Positions 16,101-25,689 of a stretch of 62,836 nt of DNA are shown piece after piece. Position numbers and translations under genes: made by a program. This DNA comes from Actinomycetota bacterium (GTDB lineage: Bacteria > Actinomycetota > UBA4738 > HRBIN12): contig JBKJXU010000304.1 in NCBI GenBank assembly GCA_046716145.1, positions 1 through 62,836 of the forward strand, read 5' to 3'. Within the stretch, counting starts at the first letter, position 1; each line of letters begins with the position of its first letter. The notes under the pieces are model-generated. The model searched no databases. It was not told the origin of the DNA and saw nothing but the letters and a program-made list of their open reading frames with translations.

Positions 16101-16637
16101 GTGAAGGACCTGAGCGACAGCGAGACCACGGACGGCGACCTCATCGCCGCTCTCCGCGATGGGGATGCCCGCGCGCTTCGAGAGCTGTACGACAGGCACG
16201 CGCCGTGGCTCGTCCTGCGTCTGTCGCGGCGATGCGCCGACCCCGCGATCGTCGAGGAGGTCGTGCAGGACACGTTCCTCGCTTTGTGGCGCGGTGCCGG
16301 CCGGTACCGCGGCCAAGGTGAGGTGGCGGCGTGGATCTGGGGGATCGGGATCCGACGGCTCATCGACCGTCTCCGGCGGCACCGGGTGCTCTCGATCCGC
16401 GGGGATCGGCCCGACCCGGAGCCGTCGGCGGAGGAAGTGGTCCTCCTCGGCGTGGAGCACGGCGACCTGGCGACGGCGATGGACCGGCTCTCCCCCGAAC
16501 TGCGCGCAGTCCTGCAGGCCACCATCCTGGACGGCCTCACCACCCGGGAAGCGGGGCACCTCCTGCAGATCCCGCAGGGAACCGTGAAGACCAGGCTCAT
16601 GAGGGCCCGGCGAGAGCTTCGGGAGGCACTGGCATGA
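16101..16637 (+). CDS. ECF-type RNA polymerase sigma factor
   Basis: GTG start. Region 2 is VVQDTFLALWR and region 4 is LTTREAGHLLQIPQGTVKTRLMRARRELR. An ATGA overlap joins it to the next gene. Confidence 0.85.
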   Translation: MKDLSDSETTDGDLIAALRDGDARALRELYDRHAPWLVLRLSRRCADPAIVEEVVQDTFLALWRGAGRYRGQGEVAAWIWGIGIRRLIDRLRRHRVLSIRGDRPDPEPSAEEVVLLGVEHGDLATAMDRLSPELRAVLQATILDGLTTREAGHLLQIPQGTVKTRLMRARRELREALA

Positions 16638-17452
16638 GCTGGCACGTCCACGAAGACACCATCGAGGCGTACATCCTGGGGCGGATCGACGATGCCTCGG
16701 CGTTCTCGCTCGAGGCGCATCTGCTGGCCTGCGCGTCGTGCCGGGCAGCGATCTCGACCCGCGTCGAGGTCGAGGGACAGGCACGGATCTGGAGCGAGAT
16801 CCGCGAGTCGATCGACCGTCCACGCGTGGGCATGATCGAGCGAGCACTCATCCGGCTCGGGGTGCCGGCGCATACCGCGCGGCTCCTCGTCGTCACGCCG
16901 TCCCTCCGCTCCGCGTGGCTGCTAGGGATCGCCGCGTGCCTCGCGTTCGCGGCGATCGTGTCGAGCGCCGCGGTCGAGACGCCGCTGCCGTTCTTGATGC
17001 TCGCTCCCCTGATCCCGTTGGCGGGTGTGGCCGCGGCGTTCGGCAGGCCCGTCGATCCCGCGTGGGAGATCGGCGTGGCGTCGCCGACCGGCGCGTTCCG
17101 CCTGATGTTGATCAGGGCGGCCGGCGTCCTCGCGACGTCGGCGGCGCTCGCGGGCCTGGCGACGATCGCGTCGCCCGCACCGGGGTGGAGCGCCGCGGGA
17201 TGGCTCGTGCCGTCGCTCGCCCTGACGGTACTCACCCTCGTCCTGTCGACCGTGACGGCTTCCGTCGTGAACGCCGCGACCATCGTCGGCATCGCGTGGG
17301 TTGCGGGCGTCATCGTGCTCGAGCGGGTGACGAGCGCACCGCTCGCGGCGTTCGGACCCACCGCACAACTCGTCTCCGCCGTCGTCGCCGTGGGGTCGTT
17401 GATCGCCCTCGTCGGCCGGCGTGATGCGTTCGAACGTCCCGCCCAGATGTGA
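16634..17452 (+). CDS. anti-sigma factor (zf-HC2) with polytopic membrane domain
   Basis: The N-terminal H-x3-C-x2-C (HLLACASC) is followed by about six hydrophobic helices. It is translationally coupled to the sigma gene. Confidence 0.75.
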   Translation: MSWHVHEDTIEAYILGRIDDASAFSLEAHLLACASCRAAISTRVEVEGQARIWSEIRESIDRPRVGMIERALIRLGVPAHTARLLVVTPSLRSAWLLGIAACLAFAAIVSSAAVETPLPFLMLAPLIPLAGVAAAFGRPVDPAWEIGVASPTGAFRLMLIRAAGVLATSAALAGLATIASPAPGWSAAGWLVPSLALTVLTLVLSTVTASVVNAATIVGIAWVAGVIVLERVTSAPLAAFGPTAQLVSAVVAVGSLIALVGRRDAFERPAQM

Positions 17453-17466
17453 GAGGAGTCCAGGAC

Positions 17467-18336
17467 ATGGAGCCATGGCCTATCGAGTTGACGGAGGTAT
17501 CGAAGCGGTACGGGCGGGTGCGAGCGCTCGACCACGTGACGCTCAACGCAGGGCCCGGCATCACCGGCCTGCTCGGTCCGAACGGGGCAGGCAAGACCAC
17601 GCTCATGAGGATCGTGGCGACCGTGTTGGCTCCCGACCAGGGAAGCGTCCGGCTCCTAGGGCACGATCTCGGTCGAGCCGATGAACGTGTCGAGGTCCGT
17701 CGCCGGCTCGGGTACATGCCACAGGAGCCCGGCTTCTACCAGCAGTTCACGGCGTTCGAGTTCGTCGACTACGTGGCCATCCTCAAGGAGATGAAGGACC
17801 GCAGCGCCCGGCACGACGCTGTTCGCCGGGCCCTGGGAGCGGTAGGACTCGAAGACGTTGCACATCGCAAGGTCAAGGGATTGTCCGGCGGGATGCGGCG
17901 GCGGCTCGCGCTCGCCCAGGCCTTGCTCGGCGATGCCGATCTCCTCATGCTGGACGAGCCGACCGCGGGGCTCGATCCCGAACAGCGGCTCCGGTTCCGC
18001 GAACTGGTCTCGCAGCTCCCCCATCGTCCGGCCGTGCTGCTGTCGACGCATCAGACCGAGGACATCACCGCGGTGTGCGAGCGGGTCATCGTGCTCGCCG
18101 GCGGGCGGATCCGGTTCGACGGCTCACCCGCCGCGCTCGCCGAGACCGCGACGGGCCGCGTCTGGGTCGAGCAGGACCGCAACGCGCAGGCTGTGCTCTC
18201 GTGGCGGATGAGCGACGGACGCCACAGGCACATCGGTGACCCGCCGGCCGGAGCGACGGTAGCGGATGCGACCATCGATGACGCCTATCTGCTGATGGCG
18301 GGCCTCACCGCAGAGACACAGGGAGCGGCGGCGTGA
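17467..18336 (+). CDS. ABC transporter ATP-binding protein
   Basis: Walker [10 protein letters not shown], signature LSGGMRRR, Walker B LLMLDEP. A GGAG Shine-Dalgarno precedes the ATG. Confidence 0.88.
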   Translation: MEPWPIELTEVSKRYGRVRALDHVTLNAGPGITGLLGPNGAGKTTLMRIVATVLAPDQGSVRLLGHDLGRADERVEVRRRLGYMPQEPGFYQQFTAFEFVDYVAILKEMKDRSARHDAVRRALGAVGLEDVAHRKVKGLSGGMRRRLALAQALLGDADLLMLDEPTAGLDPEQRLRFRELVSQLPHRPAVLLSTHQTEDITAVCERVIVLAGGRIRFDGSPAALAETATGRVWVEQDRNAQAVLSWRMSDGRHRHIGDPPAGATVADATIDDAYLLMAGLTAETQGAAA

Positions 18337-19130
18337 GCGGGCCGCTCCGGCCCTCACCGGCCCCCGGCGTGGTCGCCGCCCTCGCCCGGGTGGAGGGACA
18401 CAAGTTGCTCGTGCACCCGTTCTTCCTGGCGGGCATCGCGTTCGTGGGGATCGGGAGCGCCATCTTCCTGCGCGCCACCCTTACGCAGCCGCCGGTCTCG
18501 TGGGACGACGACGGCTGGACGGTGGCGGTGGGCTTCTGGATGCTCGCGATGATGACGATGGTGGGCATGAACCACGCCGCGCTCCGCGACCGGCGGGAAC
18601 ACACCGAGGAGCAGCACACCTCGCTCCCGGCAGGATCGGCGACGAAGACGGGCGGCCTGCTCACAGCGACGCTGTGGCCCGCGGCGGTGACGGGGGTGCT
18701 CATCGCGGCCATCGCGGGGTTCGTCTCCACCCGCGGGATGTCGCTCAGCGCCGTCCAGGTGGTGCACCTGGCCGAGCTCACGGGCATCGTCGTGCTCCTC
18801 GGGGCCTTCGGTGTCGCCGTTGCCGTGTGGCTCCCGAACCCCTTCGTCGTGCCGCTCGTCGCGTTCGCGATGTTCGTCGTGCATCCGGGCGAGCAGCCTC
18901 GGGCCTGGCACGCGATCACACCGTTCACCGACATGGTCACCGTCGAGCTCGCGGTGTGGCATCTGGCGTATGTCGTCGGGCTCGCGGCGCTCTTCGGCGT
19001 CGGCGCGATCGCCAGATCGACCCGGTCCAGGCCTGTACTCATCGCCGGTGTCATCGTCGCCGGGATCGTTGGCGTCGCCGCAGCGGTCCTGCTCACACGC
19101 GCCTGTCCCGGCGCCTGCCTGATCGGATGA
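18333..19130 (+). CDS. ABC-2-like membrane protein
   Basis: A GTGA overlap joins it to the ATPase gene. It contains six hydrophobic segments. Confidence 0.6.
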   Translation: MSGPLRPSPAPGVVAALARVEGHKLLVHPFFLAGIAFVGIGSAIFLRATLTQPPVSWDDDGWTVAVGFWMLAMMTMVGMNHAALRDRREHTEEQHTSLPAGSATKTGGLLTATLWPAAVTGVLIAAIAGFVSTRGMSLSAVQVVHLAELTGIVVLLGAFGVAVAVWLPNPFVVPLVAFAMFVVHPGEQPRAWHAITPFTDMVTVELAVWHLAYVVGLAALFGVGAIARSTRSRPVLIAGVIVAGIVGVAAAVLLTRACPGACLIG

Positions 19131-19729
19131 GGACCGAAAGCCTGCGATACGCGGTGCGCTCGACGACGCTCTCCCCCCTCGTGCTCGCCGCGTCCGTCTC
19201 GACGGTGATCGTCGCAGCGCGCCACGGCCACGAGGCGGCGCTCCCCCTGCAGGTCGCGGCGATCGCGCTCGCGAGCGGGATCGGGTTCGCGCTCGACGAC
19301 CCCGCGTTCGAGGTCATGGCCGCCTCACCGACGTCACTCCTGCGGCGCCGCGCCCTCCGTCTGCTCGTGACGGTGCCGCCCGCCATCGCCCTCTGGGCGG
19401 CGCTCCTCGGATGGCAGGGCACCGAGGAGATCGAGGAAGCGCTCGCGCTCGTCGCTCTGGCCGCCGGGGTCTTCGGGCTGACTCTGGGGATCGCAGGCGT
19501 CGCGGCACGCCGTTCGCCCCACGGGTCCGGCGGGGTCGCCGTGGCGCCGACCCTGTTCGTCCTGTTGATCGCGTCCACGACGGTGCCGCCGCGATGGCGG
19601 CCGCTCCCGCTGGGAGATGTCCCCGGTGGTTGGCCGCAGATCTACGCCGGGTGGACAAGCGCGGCCGCGCTGGGGATCCTCATCTTCGCGCTTTCTTCAC
19701 GCGATCCAGCCCGAGGTCGGTTCCGGTAA
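19127..19729 (+). CDS. membrane protein, unknown function
   Basis: An ATGA overlap joins it to the previous gene. The 200-aa product has 5-6 TM segments. Confidence 0.55.
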   Translation: MRTESLRYAVRSTTLSPLVLAASVSTVIVAARHGHEAALPLQVAAIALASGIGFALDDPAFEVMAASPTSLLRRRALRLLVTVPPAIALWAALLGWQGTEEIEEALALVALAAGVFGLTLGIAGVAARRSPHGSGGVAVAPTLFVLLIASTTVPPRWRPLPLGDVPGGWPQIYAGWTSAAALGILIFALSSRDPARGRFR

Positions 19730-19807
19730 CGCCGGTCCGCGCGCCTCGCGCCCGTCCACATCATCCGGAAGAGGCGCGATGGAGACACGGTCAACGCCGC
19801 CGAGCCG

Positions 19808-20281
19808 CTACTCGAGCATCTCTGCGCCGTATCGCGCGGCGGCCTCCACGATCTGATCGAGGTCGAGTTCGCCGGTCACCTCAGCATCCACCGAAGAGCT
19901 CGTCTCTCGGATGAACCCCTCGAAACCGGCGGGTGAGAACAGCATCAACATCCGCGCCGACGGCGTCGTCACCGTGTAGCGATGCGGGACGTCCCGAGGA
20001 CCGAAGACGAACGACCCGGGGCCGGCTTCGATCATCTCCTCACCGACCGTGAAGGTCACCTCACCATCGAGCACGTAGAACGCCTCGTCTTCCCTGCGGT
20101 GGACGTGAAGGGGTACGAACCCCTCGGGTGTAGAGACGATCTCCGCGAGCGCGTAGGACCCTCCGGTCTGGAGGCCGGTGATCTTCAGCAGGGTCGGCTC
20201 CCCCATCCACCACAGACGCTCTCCGCCCTCACCGTCCAGGCCGTACCCATGCGCCGTCGTTTTCTCATGCAGGTCGGTCAT
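19808..20281 (-). CDS. cupin domain protein
   Basis: The cupin motifs are PLHVHRREDEAFYVLDG and GSFVFGPRDVPHRY. The ATGA overlaps the TetR stop. Confidence 0.75.
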   Translation of the reverse strand: MTDLHEKTTAHGYGLDGEGGERLWWMGEPTLLKITGLQTGGSYALAEIVSTPEGFVPLHVHRREDEAFYVLDGEVTFTVGEEMIEAGPGSFVFGPRDVPHRYTVTTPSARMLMLFSPAGFEGFIRETSSSVDAEVTGELDLDQIVEAAARYGAEMLE

Positions 20282-20901
20282 CGCTTCCCCTTCCTCGTCG
20301 GCAGCCGTTCGGCTCGTTCGAGCGCACACGCGGCCGCATCTGTCATCGTGATCACGGCCTCGTCGAGACCGACACCCCGCTCCCGCAGCGCCCTGAACGT
20401 CCCCAGGTCGAAGAATGCGCTGAGCAGCCGCACCATGCGCGCGCCATGCCCGGATCCCCGGAGGGCGGTGCGCACGAAGGACTCGACCGTGGCTCGCTGA
20501 TGGCTCTCCCACTCCCGCATGGCCGGGAGTTCGAGCTCGCCCGGGAACACCTCGAGATGGGCCCCGCCCCGCTCGTAGAACGCGAACAACTCCCGGGCGA
20601 TGCGTCCCAACCGCTCGGGAGTGGCCACCGCATCCCCGACGATCGAGGCCGCGTCTTCAGGCTTGGGTGGTTGGAGCCGCTCCATCAACAGGTCGCCACA
20701 GGCCGGCACCAGTTCGTCCAGGGACGGGAAGTGGTTGTACACGGTCGCGACGGCGACGTCGGCGTGCTCTGCGATGTCCTTCCAACTCGTCTGGAGGATC
20801 CCCTTCTGCGTGTGGAGGTCGATGGTTGCCTCGATGATCCGGCGGCGCGTCGCTTCACGAGCATGATCCCGGTTGGTCATGCGGTAGATGCGTGGAGACA
20901 T
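20278..20901 (-). CDS. TetR family transcriptional regulator
   Basis: The N-terminal HTH is RRRIIEATIDLHTQKGILQTSWKDIAEHADVAVATVYNHF. Confidence 0.85.
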   Translation of the reverse strand: MSPRIYRMTNRDHAREATRRRIIEATIDLHTQKGILQTSWKDIAEHADVAVATVYNHFPSLDELVPACGDLLMERLQPPKPEDAASIVGDAVATPERLGRIARELFAFYERGGAHLEVFPGELELPAMREWESHQRATVESFVRTALRGSGHGARMVRLLSAFFDLGTFRALRERGVGLDEAVITMTDAAACALERAERLPTRKGKR

Positions 20902-20930
20902 AATTGGTTAGACTATCTATTTAATCAAAT
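20902..20930. promoter_or_regulatory. AT-rich imperfect palindrome, candidate TetR operator/promoter
   Basis: AATTGGTTAGACTATCTATTTAATCAAAT is the only AT-rich patch in the window and lies directly upstream of the TetR start. The inner inverted repeat is TAGA-cta-TCTA (20909-20919). The outer arms are ATTGGTTA and TAATCAAA. Confidence 0.5.
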
Positions 20931-20956
20931 CGTGTCCAGCGCGATCCTGGGCGGCG

Positions 20957-21973
20957 CTACGTCTTGGCGCGAACGGCTGCGGCCATCGCCGGGATGACCT
21001 CCTCGCCGTAGGCGCGGAGGGTCTCGTCCTTCGCATCGTGCTGCAGGTAGACGGCGAACTGGTCCACGCCCAGCGCACGGAGTTCTTCGAGCCTGCGGAC
21101 GTGCTCCTGCGCTGGCCCGAGGATGCAGAACCGGTCCACGATCTCGTCGGGCACGAACGCCGTGTGCACGTTGCCCGCCTGTCCGTGCTCGTTGTAGTCG
21201 TAGCCCTCGCGGCCAGCGATGTAGTCGGTGAGCGCGGCGGGGACGGGAGCGGATCCGCCGTAGCGCGACACGATGTCGGCGACGTGGTTGCCGACCATCC
21301 CGCCGAACCACCGGCACTGGTCCCGCGCGTGCTCCAGGTCCTCGCTCGCGTACGCGGGCGCGGCGACGCAGATCGTGACCGCATCCGGATCGCGCCCGGC
21401 GCGCTCAGCAGCGGATCGGACCTCGGCCATGGTCCAGGCGGTGATGTCGGGATCGGCCAGTTGCAGGATGAACCCGTCGCCGACCTCGCCGGCCAGGGCC
21501 AGGGCGCGCGGTCCGTAGCCCGCCACCCAGAGACCGACCCGGCTCGCCCCGGCCCACGGGAATCGGATCGTCGAGCCCCGGTACTCCACGGCGCGCCCGT
21601 TCGCGAGTTCGCGGATCACGTGGATGCACTCGCGCAGCGTCTCGATCGTAGTCGGCTTGCCGTTGATCACCCGGACCGCCGAGTCGCCACGGCCGATCCC
21701 GATCACGGTCCGGTTGCCATACATCTCGTTCAGCGTGGCGAACAGGCTCGCGGTGACGGTCCAGTCGCGCGTGGCGGGGTTCGTCACCATGGGGCCGACC
21801 GTCACGTTGCGAGTGGCCTCCAGGATGCGCGTGAAGATCGGGTAGGGCTCCTCCCACAGGATGTGGCTGTCGAAGGTCCAGACGTGGCTGAACCCGTAGC
21901 CCTCCGCCCGCTTCGCCAGATCGACCACCCGCGCGCTGGGCGGTGTCGTTTGGAGCACGACCCCGATATCCAT
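20957..21973 (-). CDS. luciferase-like monooxygenase (LLM) family, F420/flavin-dependent oxidoreductase
   Basis: MDIGVVLQTTPP...GFSHVWTFDSH...GPMVTNPATRDWTV...GIGRGDS are LLM class F420-type hallmarks. This is the only real part of the 773-aa track ORF. Confidence 0.8.
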   Translation of the reverse strand: MDIGVVLQTTPPSARVVDLAKRAEGYGFSHVWTFDSHILWEEPYPIFTRILEATRNVTVGPMVTNPATRDWTVTASLFATLNEMYGNRTVIGIGRGDSAVRVINGKPTTIETLRECIHVIRELANGRAVEYRGSTIRFPWAGASRVGLWVAGYGPRALALAGEVGDGFILQLADPDITAWTMAEVRSAAERAGRDPDAVTICVAAPAYASEDLEHARDQCRWFGGMVGNHVADIVSRYGGSAPVPAALTDYIAGREGYDYNEHGQAGNVHTAFVPDEIVDRFCILGPAQEHVRRLEELRALGVDQFAVYLQHDAKDETLRAYGEEVIPAMAAAVRAKT

Positions 21974-21984
21974 GTCTCTCCCGA

Positions 21985-23409
21985 CTAGACCAGGTACTGC
22001 GACAGCCCGCGGGGCACGTACCGGCCGTGGCCGGCTCGACCCTTGAAGGTGTCGTCCTCGATCACGATGGCGCCGCGGGACAGCACCGTATCCACCTTGC
22101 CGTCCACCACGAACCCCTCGTAGGCGGAGTAGTCCATGTTCATGTGGTGCTTGGCGTCCACGCCGATCGTCGTCTGACGGTTCGGATCCCACACCACCAC
22201 GTCCGCGTCCGAGCCCGGCGCCACGATCCCCTTCCTGGGATACATGCCGAACATGCGCGCGGGTGTGGTGCAACAGGTCTCGACCCATCGCTCCCGGGTG
22301 AGCTCCCCCGCCACGACGCCCTGATACAGGAGTTCCATCCGATGCTCGACGCCGCCGATCCCGTTCGGGATCTTCGAGAAGTCGCCCATCCCCAGGTCCT
22401 TCTGGTCCTTCATGCAGAACGGGCAGTGGTCGGTGCTCACGACGGCGAGCTCGTTCATGCGCAACCCCCGCCACAGATCCGCTTGATGGTTCCGGTGATC
22501 GAGCGGTGACCGGATCGGTGGAGAAGCGACCCACTTCGCGCCCTCGAAACCCGGACGTGCGAGCGTCTCCTCGAGCGTCAGCCACAGGTACTGCGGACAC
22601 GTTTCGGCGAAGACGTTCCGGCCGTCGTGCCGCGCTGCCGCGATCTCCTCGAGCGCGTCGCCGGCCGACATGTGCACGACGTAGAGCGGCACGTTCCCGG
22701 CCACGTGCGACAGCACGATCGCACGGTGGGTCGCCTCGGCCTCCAGCGGTGAGGGCCGCGTGTAGGAGTGGTACTTCGGGTCGGTCTCGCCGCGTGCGAG
22801 CGCCTGGGCGACGAGCACGTCGATCGCGATGCCGTTCTCGGCGTGCATCATGATCATCGCGCCGCACTCGGCCGCGGTCTGCATCGCGCGGAGGATCCGG
22901 CCGTCGTCGCTGTACAAGACGCCCGGATAGGCCATGAATAGCTTGAAGCTGGTCACGCCCTCGTGCTCGGTGAGGTGCTTCATCGACTTCAGCGCCTCGT
23001 CGTCGACCCCGCCGATGATCTGGTGGAACCCGTAGTCGACGGCGCACTTGCCATCGGCCTTGCGATGCCATTCCGCGAGCCCGGCGTGGACGTCCTCGCC
23101 GTAGCGCTGGACCGCCATGTCCACGATCGTGGTCACGCCACCCCATGCCGCCGCGATCGTGCCCGTTTCGAAGGTGTCGCTCGCGAACGTCCCGCCGAAC
23201 GGCAGTTCCATATGCGTGTGCACGTCGATCCCGCCGGGGATCACGTACATGCCGGAGGCGTCGATCACGGCGTCGCAAGTCCCTTCGGCCTGGGCGAAGA
23301 AGCCGCCGCCGCCAACCGCCGCGATGGTCTCGCCCTCGATCAGGACGTCGTTGTCCACCACTCCTGTCGGCGAGATCACCGAACCGTTCTTGATGAGCGT
23401 CCGCGCCAT
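21985..23409 (-). CDS. dihydropyrimidinase / D-hydantoinase
   Basis: GGIDVHTHMELPF (metal His pair), KLFMAY (carboxylated Lys) and MMHAENG mark the cyclic amidohydrolase family. Confidence 0.88.
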   Translation of the reverse strand: MARTLIKNGSVISPTGVVDNDVLIEGETIAAVGGGGFFAQAEGTCDAVIDASGMYVIPGGIDVHTHMELPFGGTFASDTFETGTIAAAWGGVTTIVDMAVQRYGEDVHAGLAEWHRKADGKCAVDYGFHQIIGGVDDEALKSMKHLTEHEGVTSFKLFMAYPGVLYSDDGRILRAMQTAAECGAMIMMHAENGIAIDVLVAQALARGETDPKYHSYTRPSPLEAEATHRAIVLSHVAGNVPLYVVHMSAGDALEEIAAARHDGRNVFAETCPQYLWLTLEETLARPGFEGAKWVASPPIRSPLDHRNHQADLWRGLRMNELAVVSTDHCPFCMKDQKDLGMGDFSKIPNGIGGVEHRMELLYQGVVAGELTRERWVETCCTTPARMFGMYPRKGIVAPGSDADVVVWDPNRQTTIGVDAKHHMNMDYSAYEGFVVDGKVDTVLSRGAIVIEDDTFKGRAGHGRYVPRGLSQYLV

Positions 23410-23424
23410 GTCCGGCCTCCCAGC

Positions 23425-24267
23425 TCAGCGGGCCACGATGTCTCCGTAGGCGTCGGGCCTGCGATCACGGTAGAACGCCCAGCGATCTCGCACGAGCCGG
23501 ATCATGTCCAGATCGAGGTCGCGCACGATCAACTCCGGCTTGTACGGATCACCGGTGTCGCCCACGAACTTCCCTTCGGGGTCCACGAAGTAGCTCTGCC
23601 CGTAGAAGTCGTTCTCCCCCAGCGGCTCCACGCCCACCCGGTTGATCGCGCCCACGAAGTACATGTTCGCCACAGCCGAGGCCGGCTGTTCCAATCGCCA
23701 GAGGTACTCGCTTAGCCCCCGGTGGGTCGCCGAGGGGTTGAACACGATCTCGGCGCCGTGCAGACCCAGCATGCGCCAGCCCTCCGGGAAGTGCCGGTCA
23801 TAGCAGATGTACACACCGACCTTGCCGACCGCAGTGTCGAAGACGGGATACCCGTCGGTCCCGGGCGCGAAGTAGAACTTCTCCCAGAAACCCTTCACCT
23901 GTGGGATGTGCTGCTTGCGGTACTTGCCGAGGTAGCTGCCATCGGCGTCGATCACGGCGGCGGTGTTGTAGTACAGGCCAGCCTGCGCGATCTCATACAT
24001 CGGCAGGATGAGGACCATGCCGAGTTCCTTCGCCAGCGACCGGAACCGCTCGGTTGTCGGGCCTTCGGGGATGGGCTCGGTGAAGCTGTAGTACTCGGCA
24101 TCCTGCACCTGGCAGAAGTACGGACCGTAGAACAACTCCTGGAAACACATGACCTGAGCGCCCTGGGCGACGGCATCGCGGGCCGCCACCTCATGCTTGT
24201 CGATCATGGCCTCCTGGGTTCCGGCCCAGTCGGTCTGCAGCAGTGCGGCTCGAACGGTCCGTGTCAT
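23425..24267 (-). CDS. carbon-nitrogen hydrolase: beta-ureidopropionase / N-carbamoyl-amino-acid amidohydrolase type
   Basis: The nitrilase-superfamily E-K-C triad context is CFQELF, YRKQHIP and ICYDRHFPE. Confidence 0.8.
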   Translation of the reverse strand: MTRTVRAALLQTDWAGTQEAMIDKHEVAARDAVAQGAQVMCFQELFYGPYFCQVQDAEYYSFTEPIPEGPTTERFRSLAKELGMVLILPMYEIAQAGLYYNTAAVIDADGSYLGKYRKQHIPQVKGFWEKFYFAPGTDGYPVFDTAVGKVGVYICYDRHFPEGWRMLGLHGAEIVFNPSATHRGLSEYLWRLEQPASAVANMYFVGAINRVGVEPLGENDFYGQSYFVDPEGKFVGDTGDPYKPELIVRDLDLDMIRLVRDRWAFYRDRRPDAYGDIVAR

Positions 24268-24523
24268 CTCGCGCCCCCTCATCAGGCCCGCCCGGCGGGC
24301 GCATCACGCACGCCCCGGGGGAGCCCATCGCGACGAATGGTAGCCGCAGGTCCGTGAGCGCGCGACTCCGCCAGCCGGGGGGCCGCTTCCACACCGGCCG
24401 GCTGGAGCCACGGGCGACACCGGTCGCGTTGCGCCGCTGGTTCGTGCGTGCCACTATCCGCCCGCCCGCCCGGCCGGCCGCGCGGCGGTCAGCGGGCCCT
24501 TCCGCGCTCGTAGAGGGGGACAT

Positions 24524-25663
24524 GTGGAACCGGCGCCAACGCACGATGACTTCGGTGCGGAACGGGTTGACGTGCGCTTCGACCAGGTGATGAAGCGCTT
24601 CGGGGACGTCGTTGCGGTGGACGGCGTCAGCTTCCAGATCCCGAGCAACTCCTTCTACTCCCTGTTGGGTCCCTCCGGCTGCGGGAAGACGACGTCGCTC
24701 CGGCTGATCGCAGGCTTCGAGCAGCCCACCGAAGGGAGGATCGAGATCGGCGGGGAGCCAGTAGCGGGCGTCCCGTCGTATCAACGAGATGTGAACACGG
24801 TCTTCCAGCACTACGCCCTGTTCCCGCACATGGACGTTGCGACCAACGTCGGCTACGGCCTCCGCCAGCGGCGCCCCAAGCTCCCGAAGGACCAGATCGT
24901 CACCCGCGTGCAAGAAGCGCTCCGCCTCGTCCGGCTCGACGGCTATGGGGACCGGCGCGTCTGGGAACTCTCGGGAGGGCAGCAGCAGCGGATCGCGCTC
25001 GCGCGGGCGCTCGTCATGAGGCCGAAGGTGCTCCTGCTCGATGAACCGCTCGGCGCGCTCGACCTCAAGCTTCGCAAGGAGATGCAGCTCGAGCTGAAAC
25101 AACTCCAGCGCGAGGTCGGGATCACATTCATCTACGTGACTCACGACCAAGAAGAAGCGCTCTCGATGAGCGACCGGATCGCCGTGATGCGTGATGGGCG
25201 CATCCTGCAAGAGGGGAAGCCCGCGGAGCTGTACGACGAGCCGAGCGATCGATTCGTCGCCGGGTTCATCGGCGAGTCGAACCTGTTCGAAGGGGTCGTG
25301 GAGGACCTCGGGCCGCCGGTCACGGTGCGGACCGATGGCGGCGTGGCGCTCAGCGCGCGGACCCCCTCGGGCGGCAGGGAGCTCGTACGAGGCGACCGTG
25401 CCGTCGTCTCGCTTCGTCCCGAGCGCGTCCACCTCGGGGCACCAGGAGAGGGTGCCTCGGGCGATCAGACGTCGGCGCTCGGCCGGGTCCAGCAGCGGAC
25501 CTTCCTGGGCGACCAGGTTGAGTTCCACATCGAAACGACCTCGCTCGGTCACGTGACCGTGCGGTTGAACCACCGGCCTGGCTCCCCCGAGGCTCGCTTC
25601 GACATCGGGGACGAAGTGCAGGTCGGTTGGGGGAACGATGTCGCGCTCGCGCTCGCGCCGTGA
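24524..25663 (+). CDS. ABC importer ATPase, PotA/spermidine-putrescine family
   Basis: Walker A GPSGCGKTT, signature LSGGQQQR, Walker B LLLDEP. A C-terminal TOBE-like regulatory domain is present. Confidence 0.88.
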   Translation: MEPAPTHDDFGAERVDVRFDQVMKRFGDVVAVDGVSFQIPSNSFYSLLGPSGCGKTTSLRLIAGFEQPTEGRIEIGGEPVAGVPSYQRDVNTVFQHYALFPHMDVATNVGYGLRQRRPKLPKDQIVTRVQEALRLVRLDGYGDRRVWELSGGQQQRIALARALVMRPKVLLLDEPLGALDLKLRKEMQLELKQLQREVGITFIYVTHDQEEALSMSDRIAVMRDGRILQEGKPAELYDEPSDRFVAGFIGESNLFEGVVEDLGPPVTVRTDGGVALSARTPSGGRELVRGDRAVVSLRPERVHLGAPGEGASGDQTSALGRVQQRTFLGDQVEFHIETTSLGHVTVRLNHRPGSPEARFDIGDEVQVGWGNDVALALAP

Positions 25664-25689
25664 GGCGACCCGGACAGAAGGAGGTTGGA

